Of a stretch of 54,093 nt of DNA, positions 47,891 to 54,093 are shown one piece after another. The notes below the pieces were generated by a model. The model was given only the letters and a program-made list of their open reading frames with translations. It was not told the DNA's origin and did not search any database. Origin of the DNA: a virus (lineage: Duplodnaviria; Caudoviricetes). The stretch covers positions 1 to 54,093 of IMG/VR virus record IMGVR_UViG_3300037188_000011; one strand, given 5' to 3'. Made by a program: the position numbers and the translations under genes. Each line of letters begins with the position of its first letter. The first letter of the stretch is position 1.

Positions 47891-47974
47891 AGCAAAGATT
47901 TATGGAAAAATGTCTATTATTCGATCACGAAATGTGTATGATTATCGGATTGCAACTGACAGAGGATGACGGAA

Positions 47975-48361
47975 ATGGCGAAAAAACCCAAGACGGGCCC
48001 GCGAACTGCAACGGCAGGCGATAAGGCCATCGGGGAGCGAATCAGGTTCTACCGGGTCGCCAAGAAGCTGAACCAAACCGATCTCGGCGATCATCTCGGC
48101 ATCAGCTTTCAGATGATCCAGAAGATGGAGAGGGGCATCAACCGCTGCGGCGCCGACCGCCTGACCCGAATCGCGGCCTACCTCGGCGTGACAACGAACG
48201 ATCTGCTCGGGGTCGATGGCGATTCGCCGGCGATGAACGGCGAGACCGCCGAGCTGCTGACATTCATGGGCAGGCCGATGAACGCCAGGATGATTCGGTC
48301 CTGCATGAAGCTGACGCCCGCCCAGCTGGGAAAATTGGCCGATCTCATCGAAACGATGTAA
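47975..48361 (+). CDS. XRE-family HTH regulator
   Basis: IGERIR..R....LNQTDLG..LGISFQMIQKMERGINR motif. Confidence 0.85.
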   Translation: MAKKPKTGPRTATAGDKAIGERIRFYRVAKKLNQTDLGDHLGISFQMIQKMERGINRCGADRLTRIAAYLGVTTNDLLGVDGDSPAMNGETAELLTFMGRPMNARMIRSCMKLTPAQLGKLADLIETM

Positions 48362-48373
48362 GGCTGCGGCGGC

Positions 48374-48565
48374 ATGAGCAAGACTGCCTATCTGATGATG
48401 GAGAACATTCGCAGCCGGCGGGAGTGGCTTAAACTCCATGCCCCGACGTGCGAATGTCCTCTGAACAAGTGGGCCAAGCGATCTGCGTTTCTGGTCGAGG
48501 CCGTGAAGCCGGCGCAATGGCAGTGCGAGGTCTGCCGGCGGACGTGGATCGAGGAGCCGAAGTAA
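48374..48565 (+). CDS. Small Zn-ribbon-like protein
   Basis: C.CP...WQCEVC motif. Confidence 0.5.
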   Translation: MSKTAYLMMENIRSRREWLKLHAPTCECPLNKWAKRSAFLVEAVKPAQWQCEVCRRTWIEEPK

Positions 48566-48741
48566 TGAGCAAGCCTCAATTGATCGACATCGCCGATGAG
48601 ATCAAAGTCGAGACCGACAAGGCTTGGCGCCTGTTCGACGGTTCAAAAACCGAATGGGTGCCGAAGTCGCAGGCGGAAGACAACGGCGACGGGACATTTA
48701 CGATGCCGGAATGGCTGGCGCGGGATAAGGGATTCATCTGA
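48565..48741 (+). CDS. Small conserved phage protein
   Basis: ETDKAW..DG...WVPKSQ...MPEWLA.DKG motif. Confidence 0.7.
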   Translation: MSKPQLIDIADEIKVETDKAWRLFDGSKTEWVPKSQAEDNGDGTFTMPEWLARDKGFI

Positions 48742-48743
48742 CC

Positions 48744-49541
48744 GTGAAGCGCAAGGGCGAAAAAATCCTCAAGCCTGTTCACCCGAACAGCGGAATCGCT
48801 GCAGCATACCGCGCCAAGCTTGAGGCTATCGTCGAGGCAATGCAGCGCTCCTACGTCTATTTCATCAAGGCGCAGTACCGGGAGACGCCACCCCGCATGG
48901 CCCAGGACGAAACCCCGGCCAAGGCGCTGGAACGGGAAATGTCGCAACTCGGCAAGCGGTGGCAATCGCGGATTGATGAGGCTGCGCCCAAACTGGCGCG
49001 GTGGTTCGCCAAATCGACTTCCGCCATGTCGTCGGCCTCGCTCAAGAAGATACTCAAAGATGCCGGGATGACGGTCGAGTTCAAGATGACGCCGGCGATG
49101 CGCGACGTGTTCGATGCGACGGTTGCCGAACAAGTCGGGCTCATCAAGTCGATTGCCTCGCAGTATCACTCCGAAGTCCAAGGCATGGTGCAGCGCTCGG
49201 TTGCCGCCGGCCGCGATCTCGGAACGCTCGCCAAGGATCTTGAGCAGCGGTACGGGATCACGAAACGGCGCGCGGCGTTCATCAGCTTGGACCAGAACAA
49301 CAAATCGACAGCGGTATTCACCCGGGTTCGGCAGCAAGAGGCCGGAATTGAAAAGGCAATCTGGCTCCACTCACACGCCGGGAAGGCCCCGAGGGTGACG
49401 CACCTCGCGAATAGCGGGAAGCCATACGACATCGCGACCGGCTGGTTTGATCCAGACCCGAAGGTCAATCGATTCATCTTCCCAGGCCAGCTCCCGCGAT
49501 GTCGTTGCACGAGCAAATCAATCGTCAAGGGCTTCTCATGA
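48744..49541 (+). CDS. Minor head / head morphogenesis protein (SPP1 gp7 / Mu F-like)
   Basis: LIKSI..QY, RA.FI..DQNNK, W.HS...PR.TH and PGQLPRCRC motifs. Confidence 0.9.
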   Translation: MKRKGEKILKPVHPNSGIAAAYRAKLEAIVEAMQRSYVYFIKAQYRETPPRMAQDETPAKALEREMSQLGKRWQSRIDEAAPKLARWFAKSTSAMSSASLKKILKDAGMTVEFKMTPAMRDVFDATVAEQVGLIKSIASQYHSEVQGMVQRSVAAGRDLGTLAKDLEQRYGITKRRAAFISLDQNNKSTAVFTRVRQQEAGIEKAIWLHSHAGKAPRVTHLANSGKPYDIATGWFDPDPKVNRFIFPGQLPRCRCTSKSIVKGFS

Positions 49542-49711
49542 AAAAGATGTGGCGTGTCCGAGAATCCTTGGTCGAGGAGGGGCGCGGCGTGCGGCGGGCT
49601 GGTTTTCCCATCAGTTATATTCGCGAGACGATTGATCCAGACATGGCGAATTGGATGCGCTGCGGTTGGCGTTACGAGGATGAAGATCGGAAGGCGCGGG
49701 CTCGAATATGA
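49538..49711 (+). CDS. Hypothetical protein
   Basis: ATGA-coupled on both sides. Confidence 0.4.
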   Translation: MKKMWRVRESLVEEGRGVRRAGFPISYIRETIDPDMANWMRCGWRYEDEDRKARARI

Positions 49712-49989
49712 CGATAACCGATGCCATTCCGACCATTCCCCGCGGCAGCCACTTCGGCCGTTTCCACAGAACAGCGCGCATCGACCACCCGTCGCCGATC
49801 ATTGATAAACTGATCAAGGCCCGTGTGGCATGGAAGCTGAGCTCCCGGATTGTTGCGGAGCGCGCGGGCGTCGGGTTCCGGACATTGCGGCGGTGCGAGA
49901 TGGACCAGAGCGATATTTCTTTCGCCAAGGTGGAGAAGTGGGCGGCTGTGCTCGGCTATGAGCTTGTGCTGCGGCCGAAGCGGGATTAG
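49708..49989 (+). CDS. XRE-like HTH protein
   Basis: L..AR....S...VAERAGV....L...E...WA.VLGYELVL motif. Confidence 0.75.
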   Translation: MTITDAIPTIPRGSHFGRFHRTARIDHPSPIIDKLIKARVAWKLSSRIVAERAGVGFRTLRRCEMDQSDISFAKVEKWAAVLGYELVLRPKRD

Positions 49990-50040
49990 GGGTCGGTCGA
50001 CCTTGCAACGGGTCTAGGCTCTATCCTCCATCTGCGACCA

Positions 50041-50082
50041 TCGCCCGCCTCACGGTCCCTACGGAGGGCGGGCGAACCTTTT
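50041..50082 (+). terminator. Putative terminator
   Basis: TCGCCCGCC...GGCGGGCGA stem followed by ACCTTTT. Confidence 0.5.
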
Positions 50083-50106
50083 GCGCTTTCGCCGCGCGCG
50101 TGGTAA

Positions 50107-50340
50107 ATGCGCAACATGAGCGCATCAGCAGAACTAAAATCCCGCCTCCCGATGCCGATCAAGCAAATGGAGCCATGGTATTTCTGGGCTGATCCCGAGG
50201 CAGTCGGGCTCGGGGATGATGACGCCGTCGCGCTCCGGGACGGCACCGCATCGCAGCAACAGATCAACCGCGCGATGATCGCCGGCCAGGCCGCGATGAA
50301 CGCCTTGATCCTTTCCCCGGCTCACGGAAGGCCGTCCTGA
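50107..50340 (+). CDS. Hypothetical protein
   Basis: Stop overlaps the next ATG (TGATG). Confidence 0.4.
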   Translation: MRNMSASAELKSRLPMPIKQMEPWYFWADPEAVGLGDDDAVALRDGTASQQQINRAMIAGQAAMNALILSPAHGRPS

Positions 50341-50960
50341 TGAGCTTGGACCCGACTGACTCGTCTCTCCTGATCGCGCTAGATCGAGCGTCGGTGCGTG
50401 ATATCGACAATGAAGGCCGCATGCATGTTGACGTCGCCAATATCTGCAAGGCCTGCGTATCGCCGTATCGCGGTGCGGAAATCCCAAATTGGCAAGCATT
50501 GGGCCTCGATCCGGAAGAGGTTTATCAACTTCTACGAGATCCGGATGAGTTGGAGAATGCAACGCCTACGGCGAACGGCATTCAGATTTTGCGCAAGCAC
50601 ATTCCGATCAGCGCCGAAGATCACCAGCCATGGGATGTTATCGGGGCAGTCGGCACCAAGGCCGTCTGGAACGACCCGTATGTCCAAAACGGCCTTACCT
50701 TTTGGCCTGCGGCCGATATCGCTGACGTTAAGTCCGGCAAAAAGAAGATGCTGAGCCCGGGTTACAAATATACCGCTGACATGACTCCCGGCACCTTCAA
50801 GGGGGAGGATTATCACGGAGTCATGCGCAAAATTTCGTTCAACCATTTAAGTATCGTCGAGGACGGTCGTCAGGGTGACGATATCGTCGTCACAGATTCC
50901 GACCCGTTCGCTTCGGAATGGTCGGCTGTCGAGGCCGCTATCTTGGCAATCCGTCCATAG
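50340..50960 (+). CDS. DUF2213-family prohead protease-like protein
   Basis: ALDRASVR.ID.EGR.HV, ICKA.V.PY.G.EIP, LS.GY.Y and NHLSIV..GR.G motifs. Confidence 0.85.
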   Translation: MSLDPTDSSLLIALDRASVRDIDNEGRMHVDVANICKACVSPYRGAEIPNWQALGLDPEEVYQLLRDPDELENATPTANGIQILRKHIPISAEDHQPWDVIGAVGTKAVWNDPYVQNGLTFWPAADIADVKSGKKKMLSPGYKYTADMTPGTFKGEDYHGVMRKISFNHLSIVEDGRQGDDIVVTDSDPFASEWSAVEAAILAIRP

Positions 50961-51103
50961 ATTGCGTTTGGTTCTAAATTTGTGGAAAATTATATACAAA
51001 TTCAAGGGCTTATCCAACCTAGAAATTCGGTAGTCCTTGCACATCACCAGAAAATGAGGCACATATTCGCTCGAAATTGGCGATCAAACAGGCTTTTAGA
51101 TAA

Positions 51104-52168
51104 ATGACCGCTCTTCGAGACGCCTTGCGGGGAAAGTTTTCGAGCCCAAAAGACGCGCTCAAGGCCCTCGGTCTTGATGAATCGCTTTTGAACCCGCAGG
51201 AGAACCGCATGGCGAAGGCAACCCGTTTCGGCGCGATGACGCTCTCGATCACCGCAGCCGCGATTGCGCCGCTTCTGGCGATGGACCAGAAGGTGACGCT
51301 GCCGAAGGATCTCTTCGCCCCGCTCACCACCAAGAATTTCAAGGGCAACCGGGACAAGCTACTGGCCGGGGTGCGCGCCGCGGTGGACGGCAAGCTGCGG
51401 AAGGGCCTCGCCCTGGACGGCAGCATGCAGAATTTCGCGAAGGCGATCGACGCATTCAACGAGAACATGGCCGCCGGCGTCGATGAGGAAGCTCCCAAGG
51501 AGAAATCCGAGGAGATGGAGAGTGCGGCCACAGTCGGCCCGCTTGATGTGACGGAGCCCCGCAAGGATCCCGGCGAGAAGGGTTTCGACGCGGAGCCGTT
51601 CAAGAATTTCCTCCGGGAAAAGGGCATGGGCGAGGACGACATCATGAAGGCGTGCGACATGATGCCGAAGCCGGCTTTGGATTCCGAGGAATCCGACGAA
51701 GACAAGGCCAAGCGTGAGGCCAAGGAAAAGGAAGAGAAGGCGGCCAAGGATGCCGCCCTCGCAGCGAAGGACGCCGAAATGAAGGACATGGTCAGCAAGC
51801 CGGCGATGGACGCCGCCCTGAAGGCTCAGGCCGACACGTTCCAGAAGGAACTGACAAAGGTCAGGGACAACGAGCGCGGGGTGCGCGCCGCGATTGCCGA
51901 GGTCCATCCCTGGACCGGCGACCTCCCGGCCTCCATGGCGTTCGATACCGCCGCCGACGTTTACCGCCATGCGCTGGTGATGAAGAACGTCGAGGGTGCC
52001 AAGACGCTGCACGCCGACGCGCTGCTCCCGATCCTGAAGACGCTGCCCAAGCCCGGCGCCAGGGTGTCCGACCACCACAGTGGCCCCGAGCTCGCCATGG
52101 ACTCGTCGGCCCGGGCGAAGGCGCTGAGCCTATCGCCCCACTTCGCCAACATCAGCACCACGCTGTAA
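51104..52168 (+). CDS. Head scaffolding protein
   Basis: Charged helical protein with repeated AMD/ALD motifs; A..EV.P..G and VYR.AL resemble the C-terminal part of DUF2213 proteins. Confidence 0.75.
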   Translation: MTALRDALRGKFSSPKDALKALGLDESLLNPQENRMAKATRFGAMTLSITAAAIAPLLAMDQKVTLPKDLFAPLTTKNFKGNRDKLLAGVRAAVDGKLRKGLALDGSMQNFAKAIDAFNENMAAGVDEEAPKEKSEEMESAATVGPLDVTEPRKDPGEKGFDAEPFKNFLREKGMGEDDIMKACDMMPKPALDSEESDEDKAKREAKEKEEKAAKDAALAAKDAEMKDMVSKPAMDAALKAQADTFQKELTKVRDNERGVRAAIAEVHPWTGDLPASMAFDTAADVYRHALVMKNVEGAKTLHADALLPILKTLPKPGARVSDHHSGPELAMDSSARAKALSLSPHFANISTTL

Positions 52169-52176
52169 GGTAAGCC

Positions 52177-52296
52177 ATGAAGGACGCGGAAGCTCGCGCG
52201 CGCCAGCCGAAAAACATTTCGCCAGCCACTCAATTCCAAAAAGGGAATCCACCCTGGAATAAAGGGCTTTCCTACTCACACGCGAAGGAAACCTAA
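52177..52296 (+). pseudogene. NUMOD-type remnant of an HNH homing endonuclease
   Basis: Translated by hand, 39 aa, containing TQFQKGNPPWNKG. Confidence 0.5.
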
Positions 52297-52298
52297 TT

Positions 52299-53270
52299 AT
52301 GCCGAATCAAGGATTCCAGACTCAGGTGGCCGTGCAACCTGCAGCCTTTCTGGCTGGCTCGCGCACGAGCCAAAACCCGATCTTCAGCTTCGATGCCGGC
52401 CCCGGCGGTCTGGTTTCGGGATCATCGCTGTTCGTCGGCCGTTTCGCATGGGTGACGGCGCCGCTTGATCCGAACGGTGGCCCGACGATCGCGAACAGCT
52501 TCGGCAACGGACCGCCGAACGGGTTCCTGATGCTCAACCAGCAGGCGCTGAATACGACGTTCCTGTCGAACGCCGGCATGCAGGTGGCGCCCGGCGCACA
52601 GACCGCGCTGCAGATCGCCGGCGACTTCGCTGCGCAGAACGACGGCACCACCGAGGCGGAATACGGCCAGAAGGCCTTTGCCTACGTCGCGACGGGAAAG
52701 GTCGCGTTCGCGGCGGCCGGGACGATTTTCGGCGGCGCATCGGCGACCGCCAGCAGCATCGCGGCGGCCACCTTCTCCGTCACCGGGTCGATTTCCGGCA
52801 ACATCATGACCGTCACGGCGGTCGGTTCCGGCAACGTGGTGGTCGGCGGATCGGTTTCCGGCACGAACATCCCGACCGCCCCGGCCCCGCAGATCGTGTC
52901 GCAGTTGAGCGGCACGCCGCTCGGCGTCGGTACATATCTGCTGAATACCGGCGAGATCACCACGGTTTCGGAGACCATTTCCGGGACCTATGGCATCCTG
53001 ACGATCGGTACCGCGACCGGGACATTCGCGATCGGTGACGTCCTGACCGGCGGTTCCGGCCCCGCCATTCTCACCACCACCATCATCACGGCCAACATCG
53101 CCGGCAGCGGCGGCACAGGCGGAACCATGGTGGTCAACAACAACGCGACGGTCGGCTCCGGCACGATCACTGCCAGCCTCGCGGTTGAGACCCAATTCTA
53201 TGCGCGATCGACCGGCCTGGTCGGCGAGCCCGTCAAGATCAGTTCGTTCAAGGACGCCGGCGGCAACTGA
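52299..53270 (+). CDS. Head decoration/cement protein with inserted beta-repeat modules
   Basis: GFQTQV..QPA...G...S.NP, AG.GGLV...VGRFAW and C-terminal GE.VKISS; directly before the capsid gene. Confidence 0.8.
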   Translation: MPNQGFQTQVAVQPAAFLAGSRTSQNPIFSFDAGPGGLVSGSSLFVGRFAWVTAPLDPNGGPTIANSFGNGPPNGFLMLNQQALNTTFLSNAGMQVAPGAQTALQIAGDFAAQNDGTTEAEYGQKAFAYVATGKVAFAAAGTIFGGASATASSIAAATFSVTGSISGNIMTVTAVGSGNVVVGGSVSGTNIPTAPAPQIVSQLSGTPLGVGTYLLNTGEITTVSETISGTYGILTIGTATGTFAIGDVLTGGSGPAILTTTIITANIAGSGGTGGTMVVNNNATVGSGTITASLAVETQFYARSTGLVGEPVKISSFKDAGGN

Positions 53271-53323
53271 TAGGGTTGCCTCCGAATAACCCGACACCTT
53301 TGAAAATCCAGGAGTGACTTCAG

Positions 53324-54093
53324 ATGGACCGGAACCAAGCAATCGCCGAATGGAATGCGGTGAAGGACATCTATCGGTATGACGGTGGCGTCATTTTCGA
53401 CGGCGCCCGAATGTTCATCCCGGACGAATGGCGGAACTCGACCGGGGAGAAGTCGCTGAACCAACTGGCTATGGACGCCGCGGGCACCTTGGGTACGGAC
53501 CCGAACTCGGCGCTGCCGGCGATGCTCACCACCGGAATCAGCCCGGACGTCATCAAGTTCGTGTTCGCGCCGCTCCAGATCGCCAAGATCCTCGGCGGGG
53601 AGCGGAAGGTCGGCGACTGGCTGATGGAGACCTACATCTTCCCGGTGATCGAGGAGAACGGCGAGGTTTCCAGCTACGACGATTATTCGAACAACGGCCG
53701 GACCGGGATCAACTTCAACTACCCGCAGCTTCAGTCGTATCTGTTCCAGACCTTCGTCAACTACGGCGAGCGGGAGACGGAGCGCGCCGGCCTGATGCGG
53801 ATCAATTACGTCGGCGAGCTCACGCAAGCGGCATCCGGCCTCCTGAACCGGTTCGGCAATCTGGGGTACGCCTTCGGGATTTCCGGGCTGCAGAATTATG
53901 GCCTCATCAACAACCCCTACCTGTCCGCGTTCCTGACACCGGCGCTCAAGGCATGGGGCGGTACGGCATGGTTCAATGCCGGATCGCCGGCTGCGACCGC
54001 GAATGAGGTCTACAACGATATCTTGGCGGTGGTTGAGCAGATCATCAACCAGACCAACGGCGCCGTTGAAATGGACACGCCGATGACGCTGGC
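53324..54093 (+). CDS. Major capsid protein (DUF2184 type), 3' end outside the window
   Basis: RBS AGGAG; translated by hand MDRNQ...QLAMDA...ERKVGDW...GEVSSYDDYSNNG...QSYLFQT...GLQNYGLINNP; open to the window end. Confidence 0.9.
   Translation, partial: MDRNQAIAEWNAVKDIYRYDGGVIFDGARMFIPDEWRNSTGEKSLNQLAMDAAGTLGTDPNSALPAMLTTGISPDVIKFVFAPLQIAKILGGERKVGDWLMETYIFPVIEENGEVSSYDDYSNNGRTGINFNYPQLQSYLFQTFVNYGERETERAGLMRINYVGELTQAASGLLNRFGNLGYAFGISGLQNYGLINNPYLSAFLTPALKAWGGTAWFNAGSPAATANEVYNDILAVVEQIINQTNGAVEMDTPMTL

Noticed and set aside
53428-54006. 192-aa ORF in the track
   Set aside because: Shadow of the capsid frame starting at 53324, which the track omits because it has no stop in the window.

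Overview
This window looks like most of a circularly permuted, GC-rich tailed-phage genome with a baseplate, so probably a myovirus. Its head module is of the DUF1073 portal / DUF2213 / DUF2184 capsid type. The host is probably an alphaproteobacterium (Hyphomicrobiales-like), judged from the OMP signal motif, an EcfG-like promoter and a suhB-like sRNA. Gene order: baseplate end and tail fibres (1-6.8 kb), lysis and envelope genes (6.8-11.9 kb), a leftward early/recombination arm with many deletion scars (11.9-23.4 kb), a rightward replication and DNA-modification arm (23.7-31.7 kb), terminase, accessory genes, portal, a fibre cluster next to the portal, head morphogenesis, protease/scaffold, decoration and the start of the major capsid gene. 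No integrase, ParA/ParB, tRNA or CRISPR array was seen. The main finding is that all five tail-fibre-locus genes and two portal-cluster fibre genes carry classical Sec signal peptides, mostly with paired cysteines, suggesting virion parts are folded in the periplasm. Other highlights: a perfect parS 16-mer just before the portal gene, a C5 methyltransferase split over two overlapping reading frames, a recurring A-[MLFQ]-D motif across head proteins, a phage-encoded OMP and an anti-SD sRNA. All family assignments come from recognising motifs by eye; no database search was run.
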